Notes: generated by a model not told the origin, from the letters alone. A stretch of DNA of 32,000 nucleotides from Trichlorobacter lovleyi SZ (GCF_000020385.1 NC_010814.1:3720001-3752000), one strand, 5' to 3'; shown: positions 19,331 through 28,763, counted from the first letter of the stretch. Numbers and translations: made by a program.

Positions 19331-20434
19331 ATGTCCATCGGTGTTGTGCACGAGCAGACCATAACCTTTGAGGCAGGCATACGGCTTGAAAGCGGCCGGA
19401 TCCTTGCACCAATCACCCTGGTCTATGAGCTTTACGGCACCATGAATGCTGATTGCTCCAACGTGATTATGGTGGAGCATGCCTGGACCGGTGACGCCCA
19501 CCTGGCCGGCAAGCGGCGCGAAGACGACCCCAAGCCGGGTTGGTGGGATGCCATTGTCGGTCCCGGCAGACTACTGGACACCGACCGTTACTGCGTACTT
19601 TGCTCTAATGTGATCGGCTCCTGCTACGGCTCAACCGGTCCGGCCTCGATCAACCCCAGGACCGGCAAGCGCTACAACCTCTCCTTTCCGGTCATCACCG
19701 TCCGCGATATGGTCCGTGCCCAGGAACTGTTGCTGGATCATCTGGGGATCAGGCGTCTGCTCTGCGTGATGGGGGGCAGCATGGGAGGGATGCAGGCCCT
19801 GGAATGGGCCACCCAGTACCCGGAACGGGTCGCCTCGGTCGTCGCCCTGGCCACCACACCACGCCCCTCGCCACAGGCGATCTCTCTTAATGCCGTGGCC
19901 CGCTGGGCCATTTACAACGACCCTACCTGGAAGAAGGGGGAGTACAAACACAACCCCAAGGACGGTCTGGCACTGGCCCGCGGCATCGGCCATATCACCT
20001 TCCTGTCAGACGAATCGATGTGGCAGAAGTTTGAGCGTCGTTTCTCTGCCAAGGACGGCCTGTTTGATTTCTTTGGCCAATTCGAGGTGGAACGCTATCT
20101 GAACTACAACGGCTACAACTTTGTGGACCGTTTTGACGCCAACTGCTTCCTCTATCTGGCCAAGGCACTGGACCTCTATGATGTCGCCTGGGGCTACGAA
20201 TCCATGACCGATGCCTTCAGCCGTATTACGGCACCGATCCAGTTTTTCGCCTTCAGCTCAGACTGGCTCTACCCCCCCTACCAGACCGAAGAGATGGTGA
20301 CCTGCCTGCAGGGACTGGGCAAAGAGGTGGAGTATCATCTGATTCAATCAGCCTACGGCCATGACGCCTTCCTGCTGGAACATGAAACCTTCACCCCGAT
20401 GGTCCGTTCCCTGCTGGAACGGGTCGCTCCCTAG
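19331..20434 (+). CDS. metX: homoserine O-acetyltransferase
   Basis: Alpha/beta hydrolase with a [12 protein letters not shown] nucleophile elbow and MetX-type N-terminus ([24 protein letters not shown]). A start at 19331 puts the gene downstream of the riboswitch terminator. The ORF-track start at 19271 lies inside the riboswitch. Confidence 0.95.
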   Translation: MSIGVVHEQTITFEAGIRLESGRILAPITLVYELYGTMNADCSNVIMVEHAWTGDAHLAGKRREDDPKPGWWDAIVGPGRLLDTDRYCVLCSNVIGSCYGSTGPASINPRTGKRYNLSFPVITVRDMVRAQELLLDHLGIRRLLCVMGGSMGGMQALEWATQYPERVASVVALATTPRPSPQAISLNAVARWAIYNDPTWKKGEYKHNPKDGLALARGIGHITFLSDESMWQKFERRFSAKDGLFDFFGQFEVERYLNYNGYNFVDRFDANCFLYLAKALDLYDVAWGYESMTDAFSRITAPIQFFAFSSDWLYPPYQTEEMVTCLQGLGKEVEYHLIQSAYGHDAFLLEHETFTPMVRSLLERVAP

Positions 20435-20437
20435 CCG

Positions 20438-21214
20438 ATGTCCTGCCCGGCGGGTGTCGACCCCAAGCTCTGGCGTTCTTTACGCAACGGTGCGGGCAGA
20501 GCGATCGGCGACTTTGGCCTGATCAAGGATGGTGACCGGATCTGTGTCGGCATCTCCGGCGGCAAGGACTCCCTGCTCCTGCTGATGCTGCTGGTTGAGA
20601 TGCAACGCCGCGCCCCGATCAACTACCAGCTGGTCCCGGTTACCATAGATGCCGGCTTCCCCGGATTCAACACCACTACCATCCAAAACTTTGTTGCTGA
20701 TCTTGGTCTTGAGCTGAGCATCGAACAGACCGGCCACGCTAGCCTGATCACCACCAAACTGCGGCCCGGTTCCTCCTACTGTTCATTTTGCGCCCGACTT
20801 AAACGGGGCGCCCTCTATGGCGCTGCCCGCCGACTGGGCTGCAACCTGCTGGCTCTGGGGCACCACCGCGATGATTTTATCGAGACCCTGCTGCTGAATC
20901 AGTTTTTTATCGGTACCCTCAAGGCCATGGCTGCCAAGACTGTCTGCGATACCGGAGATATCACCGTCATTCGCCCCCTGGTCTACCTGGCTGAAGAGGA
21001 TATCATCACCACCGTCAGGCAGGCCGGAATCACTACCGTCAGCTGCAACTGTCCGGTGGCTGATGCCGATCAGCAACGGCAGCGGATGAAACAGCTGCTG
21101 CACCGGCTTGAACAGGAGATCCCGCAGATCAAAAACAGCCTGCTGGCAGCGCTGGGCAACGTACAGCCCCGGCACCTGCTGGACCGGCAATTGAGCAAGG
21201 AAGGCACAGTATGA
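20438..21214 (+). CDS. ttcA: tRNA 2-thiocytidine(32) synthetase TtcA-like PP-loop ATPase
   Basis: SGGKDS PP-loop, [28 protein letters not shown] and a C-terminal CNCP cysteine pair. The collinear pattern matches TtcA. Confidence 0.85.
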   Translation: MSCPAGVDPKLWRSLRNGAGRAIGDFGLIKDGDRICVGISGGKDSLLLLMLLVEMQRRAPINYQLVPVTIDAGFPGFNTTTIQNFVADLGLELSIEQTGHASLITTKLRPGSSYCSFCARLKRGALYGAARRLGCNLLALGHHRDDFIETLLLNQFFIGTLKAMAAKTVCDTGDITVIRPLVYLAEEDIITTVRQAGITTVSCNCPVADADQQRQRMKQLLHRLEQEIPQIKNSLLAALGNVQPRHLLDRQLSKEGTV

Positions 21215-21684
21215 GAATAGGACATGGCTATGATGTCCACCGGCTGGTGGAAGACAGAAAACTGATTATGGGTGGAGTGGATATCCCCTGGGAAAAAGGG
21301 CTGCTGGGCCATTCCGATGCCGATGTACTGCTGCATGCCATAGCGGATGCCCTGCTGGGTGCCCTGGCTATGGGCGATATCGGCAAGCACTTCCCTGATA
21401 CCGACCCGGCCTTCAAGGGAGCTGATTCCATGAAACTGCTGGAGCATGTGGTGGGCCTGATCAGGACACAGGGATATGCTGTAGGCAACCTGGATGCTAC
21501 CATCATTGCCCAACGGCCTAAGATGGCACCCCATATCCAGGCCATGCGGGAGAACGTTGCTCGAGCCTGCGGTGTAGAGGTAGACCGGATCAATGTCAAA
21601 GCCACCACAGAGGAAGGTCTGGGCTTTACCGGAACCGGCGAGGGAATCTCGGCCCATGCCGTGGTGCTGCTGATTCCACAATGA
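21211..21684 (+). CDS. ispF: 2-C-methyl-D-erythritol 2,4-cyclodiphosphate synthase
   Basis: [12 protein letters not shown]...[12 protein letters not shown]...[10 protein letters not shown] signature. ATGA overlap with ttcA. Confidence 0.95.
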   Translation: MRIGHGYDVHRLVEDRKLIMGGVDIPWEKGLLGHSDADVLLHAIADALLGALAMGDIGKHFPDTDPAFKGADSMKLLEHVVGLIRTQGYAVGNLDATIIAQRPKMAPHIQAMRENVARACGVEVDRINVKATTEEGLGFTGTGEGISAHAVVLLIPQ

Positions 21685-22247
21685 CCCCGGACAGCCACCA
21701 GCATCACCCTGTTTCACTATGGGAGATTTTTGCCCTGTTCTGCACGGTCGGCCTGACCGGCTTTGGTGGCGGCATGGCAATTGTGGCGCTGGCCGAACGG
21801 ATGGTGGTCAAGGAAAGACAATGGGTCAGCCCGGAGGAATTTCTGCATGGATTGGCCTTTGGGCAGATCCTCGGGCCGTTTTCACTGAATACCTGCACCT
21901 TTGTGGGCTACCGCCTACGCGGGGTGGCTGGCGGCCTGCTGGCTGCCGCCGGTTTTCTGCTCCCCTCCTTTCTGATCGTTTCGTTGCTGGCCTGGCTGTA
22001 TCTGCGTTTTCAGCACCTGCACCTGCTTCAGAAGGCATTGGCAGGCACCAATCCGGTGGTAATCGGCCTGATCTGTGCGGTGGTACTGGATATGGGCAAG
22101 AAACAGGTTAGGGGTGGCGGCGCCTGGCTGTTGGCGCTGGCCACCTTTGCAGCGGCAGCCCTGTTGAAGCTGAATGTGGCACTGGTGCTGGCCGCCTCGC
22201 TGGTCTGGGCACTTGCAGCGGCTTTTCATAAGCGCGGCACGAGTTAA
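21681..22247 (+). CDS. chrA: chromate transporter (CHR family), short-chain half 1
   Basis: [16 protein letters not shown]...W.S.EEF and GPFSLN motifs typical of a CHR half-domain. ATGA overlap with ispF. Confidence 0.85.
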   Translation: MTPDSHQHHPVSLWEIFALFCTVGLTGFGGGMAIVALAERMVVKERQWVSPEEFLHGLAFGQILGPFSLNTCTFVGYRLRGVAGGLLAAAGFLLPSFLIVSLLAWLYLRFQHLHLLQKALAGTNPVVIGLICAVVLDMGKKQVRGGGAWLLALATFAAAALLKLNVALVLAASLVWALAAAFHKRGTS

Positions 22248-22751
22248 ATGCTGACCCTGGCCTGGACCTACCTGCGAATCGGCCTGATCTTCTTCGGTGG
22301 CGGCTATGTCCTGATTCCGCTTCTGCAACATCTGCTGGTGGAGCAGTACAAATGGCTGACCCTGCGTGAATTTCTGGATGGCGTGGCCATCTCGCAACTC
22401 ACTCCCGGCCCGCTAGCAATGCTGGCCACCTTTACCGGGGTCAGGGTAGCAGGTTTTGGAGGAGGCCTCGTTGCTACCATCTGTATCTTTGCACCCTGCA
22501 TTGTTCTGATGCTGTTTGTGGGCCGCTACTATGCCCGCCTGAAAGAAATCGACCTGATCCGTTCCACCCTTGATGGTGTACTTCCGGCCGTGGTGGGCCT
22601 GGTGGCCTCGGCAGCCTGGTCGCTGGGGACAACTCTGGGCAGCCTGCGGGAATGGCTTACCCTCCTGGTGGCCTTCTGCATCTTCCGCTGGACCAGGATC
22701 AATCCAATGGTTATGATCCTGGGAGCCGGCATTATCGGCATGCTTTTTTAA
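22248..22751 (+). CDS. chrA: chromate transporter (CHR family), short-chain half 2
   Basis: FFGGGYVLIPLLQHLLVEQYKWLTLREFLDGVAISQLTPGP motif. It starts immediately after the stop of half 1 (TAAATG). Confidence 0.85.
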   Translation: MLTLAWTYLRIGLIFFGGGYVLIPLLQHLLVEQYKWLTLREFLDGVAISQLTPGPLAMLATFTGVRVAGFGGGLVATICIFAPCIVLMLFVGRYYARLKEIDLIRSTLDGVLPAVVGLVASAAWSLGTTLGSLREWLTLLVAFCIFRWTRINPMVMILGAGIIGMLF

Positions 22752-22778
22752 GACCATCCCCCATTGGAGGAGACGGCA

Positions 22779-23126
22779 ATGGCACAACAGACCGTTCTGA
22801 TCATTGAAGACGATGAAGTCACCTCTGCCCTGCTGGAAATGATTGTCAGCGAGGCGGGTTTTCAGGCGTTGATTGCGCTGGATGGCGTATCGGCGCTGGA
22901 GCTGTATCAGCGGCATCTGCCAGAGGTTGTGCTGCTGGACATCAACCTGCCCCAGTTGAACGGCTACTCCTTTGCCTCACTGGTCAGAAACTTTTCAGAC
23001 CACAAACCACGCATCATCGTGGTCACCTCAAATCCAGCCGACTACGAACAGCATCTCAAGGAACTGGCTGACGGTTGCCTGGTAAAACCGATCAAACGGC
23101 AAGCCCTGCTTAGTCTGCTTGCATAA
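22779..23126 (+). CDS. single-domain response regulator (CheY-like receiver)
   Basis: EDDE acidic pocket, phospho-acceptor Asp in VVLLDINLP, and conserved Lys in VKPI. GGAGGAG upstream of ATG 22779. No output domain and no kinase nearby. Confidence 0.85.
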   Translation: MAQQTVLIIEDDEVTSALLEMIVSEAGFQALIALDGVSALELYQRHLPEVVLLDINLPQLNGYSFASLVRNFSDHKPRIIVVTSNPADYEQHLKELADGCLVKPIKRQALLSLLA

Positions 23127-23192
23127 AAATGCGTGCACTTTCTGTTTAAAACCGCTATAAAAGACAAATGTCGTCCCATTAACCGGATGCAG

Positions 23193-23205
23193 ATTAATCA
23201 TTAAT
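23193..23205. promoter_or_regulatory. ATTAAT-C-ATTAAT palindrome (possible Fur-like/metalloregulator box) abutting the RBS of the NifU-like gene
   Basis: A perfect 13-bp dyad is seen directly. It resembles the AT-rich hexamer arrays of Fur boxes, but it is not a consensus match. Confidence 0.25.
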
Positions 23206-23220
23206 GAAGGAGATACAACG

Positions 23221-23445
23221 ATGATTGAAAAAGTTCAGGCAGTACTTGACCAGGTCCGTCCCATGCTGCAGCGCGACGGTGGCGATGTTGAGCTGATAGA
23301 GGTAACTGCAGACGGTATCGTCAAGGTTAAGCTGCAGGGTGCTTGCGGTTCCTGCCCCATGTCCACCATGACCCTCAAGATGGGGATTGAAAAGGCGATC
23401 AAGGAACAGATTCCCGAAATCGTTGAGGTTCAGCAGGTCCGCTAG
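23221..23445 (+). CDS. NifU-like Fe-S cluster assembly domain protein
   Basis: 74 aa with [15 protein letters not shown]...[14 protein letters not shown], the NifU C-terminal domain signature with CxxC. Confidence 0.9.
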   Translation: MIEKVQAVLDQVRPMLQRDGGDVELIEVTADGIVKVKLQGACGSCPMSTMTLKMGIEKAIKEQIPEIVEVQQVR

Positions 23446-23467
23446 CCTCAAATCCCCACAGTTGCAA

Positions 23468-23504
23468 CAACACGAAAGCCCGGCAAAACCGGGCTTTCGT
23501 GTTG
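23468..23504. terminator. 16-bp hairpin between convergent NifU-like gene and mini-ORFs
   Basis: CAACACGAAAGCCCGG-caaaa-CCGGGCTTTCGTGTTG. T-tracts are weak on both sides. Confidence 0.55.
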
Positions 23505-23522
23505 TCTATGACGTGGATTGTA

Positions 23523-23669
23523 TCAGCCGATCAGCTTGCCGCCAATGTGGCTCAAAGCAGGCCAGGCAACATTCAGGGCGGCGCCTGCAGCAAAAAGGCC
23601 AAACACACCAAGCACCCTTCCAATATATTTTCTGTCATCTAAATCGGAATAACTGACTTTAACTTTCAT
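23523..23669 (-). CDS. mini membrane protein, 48 aa (below ORF-track cutoff)
   Basis: Minus-strand ATG at 23669 is preceded by TAGGAGGA. The translation is MKVKVSYSDLDDRKYIGRVLGVFGLFAAGAALNVAWPALSHIGGKLIG: a polar N-terminus plus one Gly/Ala-rich TM helix. Confidence 0.5.
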   Translation of the reverse strand: MKVKVSYSDLDDRKYIGRVLGVFGLFAAGAALNVAWPALSHIGGKLIG

Positions 23670-23700
23670 GATACGTCCTCCTAGTATTTGGTTTGGTGGG

Positions 23701-23853
23701 TTAGTTGAAGAGACTCAGAAGACCACTGACGGTGCCGGCTGCCGACCAGGTGATAAAACCGCCCAGAAATACTGCCACTGCTGCAAAGATTGCCAGGCTG
23801 CCTTTTGCGGTGGTTTCTGCCAACAGGACTGAAAAATTGTTTTTTGCTTTCAT
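23701..23853 (-). CDS. mini membrane protein, 50 aa (below ORF-track cutoff), likely paralog of the downstream mini-ORF
   Basis: Minus-strand ATG at 23853 is preceded by AAAGGAGAA. The translation is MKAKNNFSVLLAETTAKGSLAIFAAVAVFLGGFITWSAAGTVSGLLSLFN. It has the same layout as its neighbour (MK.K, TM helix, conserved W.A). Confidence 0.5.
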   Translation of the reverse strand: MKAKNNFSVLLAETTAKGSLAIFAAVAVFLGGFITWSAAGTVSGLLSLFN

Positions 23854-24331
23854 GACGTTTCTCCTTTGTTTGTGTTTTTATGGTGCGTGTCGTATAACTG
23901 GAATCTTATTTTGGCACCCGGTGATGTGCCGCTCATGTTTTTTGTATTACAGCTTGCGTGCCAATCAAGCAAAAACGTTACACTAATTTTAAACAATCTA
24001 TTAAATACAGACAGTTGCATACAACAACCATCAACAGATTCTCAGGCTGGATCAGTTGGTTTTCAGGTGGTGTTGCAGACAATACTGCAACAAGCAACAG
24101 GCCAATAAAGAGAATCACTATTGTAAAAACAGCAGCTTGTCATGCGTTGCATGCAACAACGTTGCGTTGCAGCACGCCGACAGCCTGCAGCAACAGAGGG
24201 AAAAACAGCTTCCGCATGAAAATCAAGCGACTCTAGCCGGTTTCAGATCCTAATTTTGAAACATGCTATTATATTTGATTATTTTTTCCGATATTTCCAA
24301 GTAGTGTCTCAATAGTGGCAAGCGTGGAAGC

Positions 24332-24370
24332 AAAAAGAGGGGGTAGGCATCACGCCACCCCCTCTTTTTT
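24332..24370. terminator. bidirectional rho-independent terminator just downstream of the tape-measure-like ORF
   Basis: AAAAAGAGGGGGT-12 nt loop-ACCCCCTCTTTTTT. It has a 9-bp GC-rich stem with an A-run and a T-run on either side. Confidence 0.7.
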
Positions 24371-24381
24371 ATCCTCATCTA

Positions 24382-26307
24382 TTAAGGATTGGGACGCCTC
24401 ATCTTCTGGCGCCGCAAGGCCTTATTAAGTTCAGACAGAACATCCATAGGGGCGCTAACCGGATAACTGCCACCACCGACATCCAGACTGATGCTGCCAA
24501 GGTTCGGGATCGGACCTGCTGCAGCCGCTGCAGGAACAGCAACAGACTTTGAGAGCATCCCCTGAAGAGCCCTACCAGCGCTGCTGAATGGTGTATTGAT
24601 AGCGGCCAGCAGGTTGTCACCCCAGAAGCCGGTAGCCTTGTTGTTGATCACCCATTCATTGCCGGCCAGCATGGCATGCACTGAATCCCGCAGGGGTGAC
24701 CCGTTAACTACTTTGCCGCCTTCAAAATAACCCGGGGCGGTTCCGGTGTCGCTGTAGCTGGCCTCTCCGGATGCCCCTACGGTCTTGACTATAATGGTTT
24801 TGGTGGCGGTCTCAGTCAGTGAATCAAGCACCCCTTTAACACTGCCCAGGGCATTTTCATCCATAACCACCCTCAAGCTCTTCTCTTTCAACGCAATGGC
24901 GTCCAGCTCTTTCAACTTGTCCAGTGCCTGCTGGGGGGCGTCCTTCTTTGCTTCAAGGATTGATTCACCTTGCTGCAACACACGATTTAATCCTTCTGTT
25001 GCAACAGCAACATTGCTATCAAGGCGGCTGGCGAGGTCTTCTGCCTGCTTGTTGTACTTCATAGCCTCATCATGCAGCCCCTGTGCCTTCAGTACGTCTG
25101 CCTTGGCCAGGGCTTCATTCATGCGGCGCTGGTTGTCGGCAAACTTCTGGGCATCTGTCATATTCTTCTGCTGCAGGTCAGCGATCTTCTGCTGAACCCC
25201 CATCCGGAAGTCTTTAATCTGCTGATCGATCGCCTTGATTTCATCAGCATATTTTCGATAGGCTGCGCTTGAAGTGTCCAGGTAACTTTTGTGGGCAGAG
25301 GTCATATCATTCAAGGCAGACCGATACTGCTCACTGTCTTTAGGATACAGGGCCGCCACATCCTGAAAATGAGCGGCGGCTGCCTGAAAGCGGCGGCGGG
25401 AAAAATCAATTTCCATCCGTTCAATCTCTACCTGGGCGGCCTGCTGGGCCTTAATATCGTTACCAGCTGCAGCGGTTACAAGAGCAGCCTTTGACTCCAT
25501 GATACCGCGGTATGCCTCAAGCTCTTTCTTGCCGGATTCATAGCCACGTTGGGCAGCTTCAAGGGCCTGTTTCTTCCGCAGCTGATCAATGGCAGCTGCC
25601 TTTTCAGATTCAAGCCCAACCAATACCTTGCCATTGGCCTTGGCGGCGTCTTCAACACCTTTGTAGTAGTCTTCAACAGCCTTCAGGTCCGCCCGATTCT
25701 TTGCGGCAATATCCAGGCCGTCAGCGTCCTTGGTTTGGCCCAGGCGCTTCAGATGCTCGATCCTGTTTCTTAGCTCCGTTGCCGCTTCGGCTTCCTGTTT
25801 TTGCAGGGCCTCTTTTCTCATCTTGTCGATATCGGAATAATAGCTGTTTTCAACCTTACGCTTATCATCCAACAGTTTATCAATGATCTTTTGCTCTTCA
25901 GCAGCGTTGCCGTTGGCCGCCTTCAAATCTTTTGAAAACTTGGCTTCAACTGCCTTCATATCCTGGTCATACTGATCTTTTCGCTTATCCATCTGCCGTT
26001 CCAGAGACACCCCTACAGCCTTTTCGTAGCCGTCTTCAATCTGCTTACGTTCAGCTGCTGCCTTTCTCATCTCTTCAGTGACCTGCTTGGTAGCTGCCGA
26101 TGATCTGGCCGAAGCTCCTGATGAGTTATCAAAGGCATTTGCCAGGGCAGACAGGGCAGCAACCACACCAACCAGGGCAGCACCGAAGGCCAATACCAAG
26201 GGGTTAGCCAGCAGGGAGACAGAAAAAGCGGCGGTAGCAGCAGCGGCAGCCGATGTTGCAGCGGCATAGACGGTCTGAGCACCGGCTGCCACGGTAAGCG
26301 CCACCGT
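24382..26307 (-). pseudogene. phage tail tape-measure-like protein, 5'-truncated by IS21 insertion
   Basis: About 640 codons are open up to the IS end. The sequence starts with Ala/Gly-rich hydrophobic segments followed by a very long coiled-coil region. The C-terminal ...GGKVVNGSPLRDSVHAMLAGNEWVINNKATGFWGDNLLAAIN resembles the conserved C-terminal block of lambda-type tape-measure proteins. No upstream continuation is found beyond the IS. Confidence 0.6.
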
Positions 26308-26360
26308 TGTCAATCGGCATTGAAATTTGACCCACCATCGGCGTCCAAAATTGACCCACC
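26308..26360. repeat. IS21 left end with tandem transposase-binding subrepeats
   Basis: TGTCAATCGGCAT followed by GAAATTTGACCCACC (26322-26336) and CAAAATTGACCCACC (26346-26360). Confidence 0.8.
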
Positions 26361-26373
26361 TCAGCGGTTGATT

Positions 26374-27138
26374 TTAGTCTGAGTTTCTGGTTTTGATTCT
26401 CCAGCTTTCATTTCCTGTTTCGACGATTTCGCAGTGATGGGTAACCCTGTCCAGAAGTGCCGTGGTCATTTTGCCATCACCGAACACCTGCGGCCATTCT
26501 CCAAAGGTCAGGTTAGTGGTAATGATAAGCGATGTTCTCTCGTACAGCTTTGATATAAGGTGAAACAGCAGCTGTCCTCCAGCCTTTGAGAACGGCAGAT
26601 AGCCCAGTTCGTCCAGCACAACCAGATCAAGCCTGCAGAGTGCCTCTGCAAGCTTTCCTCCGCGTCCGCTTAGCTTTTCCTGTTCTAGTTGGTTGACCAG
26701 ATCCAGCAGGTTGAAGTATCGGCCACGCTTACCGTTTCTGATCACCTGCCGTGCAATGGCAATGGCCAGATGGGTCTTGCCGGTACCGGTTCCACCTACC
26801 AGAATGATATTACTCTTTTCAGTAAGAAAGCCTCCCTCATACAGCATTCTGACCTGTGTCTCGTTGATCGGTGTATCCGTAAACTCAAAGTGATCCAGGT
26901 CCTTCTCTACTGGAAACCTTGCCTGACTCAGGCGGTAGCGGATACTTCTGATTCTCCGTTCAGCCAGCTCTGCATTAAGCAGCTCAAACAGGATCTTCTC
27001 CGGTGTGGCCCGTTGTTTGATGCCTGTGGCGATCAGCTCGTCACAGGCAGTCTTCATGCCATGCAGCCCAAGGGTCTCCATGGCCTTTTGCAGTTTCTCA
27101 CGCAGTAGCACAGGCACCTCCGGCAAGCAGCAGGTCAT
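26374..27138 (-). CDS. istB: IS21-family helper ATPase IstB
   Basis: Walker [10 protein letters not shown], Walker [10 protein letters not shown], and N-terminal LGLHGM motif. The start is uncertain: a GTG at 27111 with GGAGG 5 nt upstream is an alternative. Confidence 0.95.
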   Translation of the reverse strand: MTCCLPEVPVLLREKLQKAMETLGLHGMKTACDELIATGIKQRATPEKILFELLNAELAERRIRSIRYRLSQARFPVEKDLDHFEFTDTPINETQVRMLYEGGFLTEKSNIILVGGTGTGKTHLAIAIARQVIRNGKRGRYFNLLDLVNQLEQEKLSGRGGKLAEALCRLDLVVLDELGYLPFSKAGGQLLFHLISKLYERTSLIITTNLTFGEWPQVFGDGKMTTALLDRVTHHCEIVETGNESWRIKTRNSD

Positions 27139-28612
27139 ACCGCCTGCAGTCAGCTACAGGCGGTATGATCAAAACCGGCAGTTTTGCTGCAGGATCTGCC
27201 GTTGGTGTCGGTTCTTCATCGTTTCGGGACAACAGATTAAGCACGACATCCCGACTGATGGTATTGGCTGCCAATGCATCAGTGCATGCCTGTGTTACTG
27301 CTTCAATGCCATAGTAGGAGACAACCGCCAGTATCCCGACAAACTGCCGGTCACCATCACGGTGCTTGGCAAGGGCACTACGGATTTGCTCAATAGATTC
27401 CGGCAAATTCCATTCCTTAAACGGTGCACCGTTTCTGAGTGCTCCCGGCTTCTTCTTCAGTGCCTCCAGATAGTGCCAGGGATCATAGAAGACCTGATCA
27501 CGACCAAAGTGCCGTTTGTGGAATCCTACGGTTCTGCCGCTCTGGACAAAGGTCAGACGATCAGCATAGGCCCGTACCGTGACCGGGTTGCCAACAGCAG
27601 AGACATGGACGCTGTAACGGTTGCGGTCAAATGAGACCAGGGAGGTAGAAGATACCTTGGCATCGCTTTCCAGATAACCGTCAAACGGAACCGTTACCGT
27701 GAGAAGCTGCCGGCGTTCCTCCTTAAACAGGTCATTGATCGTCAGGAGTGGGTTGTCAGGATGTTTCTGGGTTGCTGCGTAGTCCAGACATTGTTCCTGC
27801 AGCCACTGGTTTAGCTCAGAAAGGTTGGTAAATGTCCGCCGTTTGGCGAAGAAACGCTTGCGCACAAGGCCTACCTGATTCTCTACCTGCCCCTTCTCCC
27901 AGCCTGCAGCAGGAGTGCAGGCTATCGGTTCAAACAGGTAGTGGGAGGCCAGACTCAAAAACCGACGATTGAATACACGATCCTTGCCCATCAGGACTTT
28001 GGTTACTACGGTTTTTAGGTTGTCGTAGATACCACGCCGACAGGCACCACCAAAGAAGCTGAATGCCTTGATATGAGCATCCAGAACCATCTCCAGGCTC
28101 TCACGTGTGTAGGCCACGCAAAATGGCATCCGACTGTTACAGAGGCGAAACTGAGCAATCTTGACCTTTACGATGATCCCACCCAACTCAATCTGCTCAT
28201 AGCTCCAGTCAAACTGAAATGCCTCACCAGGATCAAAGGATAGCGGAATAAAGGCTGCGGCTACGCCGCCGCCGGTCTCTTTGCGCTGCTGCTGGATGTA
28301 ACGACGGACGCTGTCATAGCCACCTTCAAATCCTTCCCGCTGTAGCGTCTCAAACAATAACTGGGCACTACGACGATGGCGGACTGGCTTTACGGCATCT
28401 TCAGACAACAGTCCTTTGAGACGTTCTTCAAATGCAGCAAGCTTTGGCCTGGGCTGTTCGGTGCGGGTATAAACCTGATCGGTTACGTCACTTCTGATGA
28501 TTTTCTTGACGGTGTTCTTAGACAGATGAAACTCACGGGCTATCTGCCTGATTGGTTTCTTGTCCCGGTGGTAAGCCTGGCGGATTTTACGGATGGATTC
28601 CACTAGCAGCAT
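27098..28612 (-). CDS. istA: IS21-family transposase IstA
   Basis: N-terminal HTH ([17 protein letters not shown]) and a DDE integrase core typical of IstA. 504 aa. A GTG at 28603 is a possible alternative start with better SD spacing. Confidence 0.95.
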   Translation of the reverse strand: MLLVESIRKIRQAYHRDKKPIRQIAREFHLSKNTVKKIIRSDVTDQVYTRTEQPRPKLAAFEERLKGLLSEDAVKPVRHRRSAQLLFETLQREGFEGGYDSVRRYIQQQRKETGGGVAAAFIPLSFDPGEAFQFDWSYEQIELGGIIVKVKIAQFRLCNSRMPFCVAYTRESLEMVLDAHIKAFSFFGGACRRGIYDNLKTVVTKVLMGKDRVFNRRFLSLASHYLFEPIACTPAAGWEKGQVENQVGLVRKRFFAKRRTFTNLSELNQWLQEQCLDYAATQKHPDNPLLTINDLFKEERRQLLTVTVPFDGYLESDAKVSSTSLVSFDRNRYSVHVSAVGNPVTVRAYADRLTFVQSGRTVGFHKRHFGRDQVFYDPWHYLEALKKKPGALRNGAPFKEWNLPESIEQIRSALAKHRDGDRQFVGILAVVSYYGIEAVTQACTDALAANTISRDVVLNLLSRNDEEPTPTADPAAKLPVLIIPPVADCRRYDLLLAGGACATA

Positions 28613-28668
28613 CTCCTTTCAAAGCTCCTCTCTCTGGATGATGCCAAAGAGAATGGAGGAGGTGCTGA

Positions 28669-28731
28669 GGTGGGTCAATTTTGGACGCCGATTACACCCG
28701 AAAGTGGGTCAATATTGCATGCCGATTCACA
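28669..28731. repeat. IS21 right end with inverted copies of the subrepeats
   Basis: GGTGGGTCAATTTT (28669-28682), GTGGGTCAATATT (28704-28716), and terminal ATGCCGATTCACA. Confidence 0.8.
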
Positions 28732-28734
28732 TGC

Positions 28735-28763
28735 GAGGCGCTGCAAAGCGCCTCTGCTATTTT
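28735..28763 (+). terminator. orphan terminator-like hairpin directly abutting the IS end
   Basis: GAGGCGC-tgcaaa-GCGCCTC followed by TGCTATTTT. No intact plus-strand gene precedes it. Confidence 0.35.

Larger units (their letters stand above)
26308..28731 (-). mobile_element. IS21-family insertion sequence (istA-istB), apparently intact
   Basis: 2424 bp. The termini are TGTCAATCGGCAT... and ...ATGCCGATTCACA (imperfect IRs, TG...CA ends). Each end carries two copies of an AAWTTGACCCAC(C) subrepeat. Full-length istA and istB are present. Confidence 0.9.

Noticed and set aside
21070-21780. 236-aa minus-strand ORF (and the 159-aa ORF at 21228-21707)
   Set aside because: They are antisense to ttcA and ispF, both of which have strong conserved motifs on the plus strand.
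23941-23970. Sigma54-like element on the minus strand (TGGCACG-caag-CTGTA) upstream of the mini-ORFs
   Set aside because: The -24 half is good, but the -12 half is CTGT instead of TTGC, so the conserved GC is missing. No enhancer-binding protein gene is nearby. The evidence is too weak to call.
24021-24036. ACAACAACCATCAACA similar to ACAACACCATCACA at 31886-31899, as a possible attL/attR pair
   Set aside because: The match needs gaps, is short, and has low complexity (CA-rich). The left copy lies inside the island rather than at its edge. This is insufficient to call att sites.
24063-24217. Two tiny minus-strand ORFs (25 aa signal-like MRKLFFPLLLQAVGVL...; 26 aa Cys-rich MTSCCFYNSDSLYWPVACCSIVCNTT)
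   Set aside because: Neither has a recognisable RBS. The Cys codons arise from the TGCA repeat motif itself, so they are probably a by-product of the DNA repeats.
23866-24253. Overlapping plus-strand ORFs of 80, 92 and 65 aa in the AT-rich spacer
   Set aside because: They are mutually overlapping in different frames, lack an SD, and have odd composition. The region is better explained as non-coding and repeat-rich.
26308-26313. Outward-facing TTGACA at the IS21 left terminus as a hybrid promoter for the truncated tape-measure ORF
   Set aside because: No acceptable -10 hexamer lies 16-18 nt downstream in the flanking sequence (ACGGTGGCGCTTACCGTGGCAGC).
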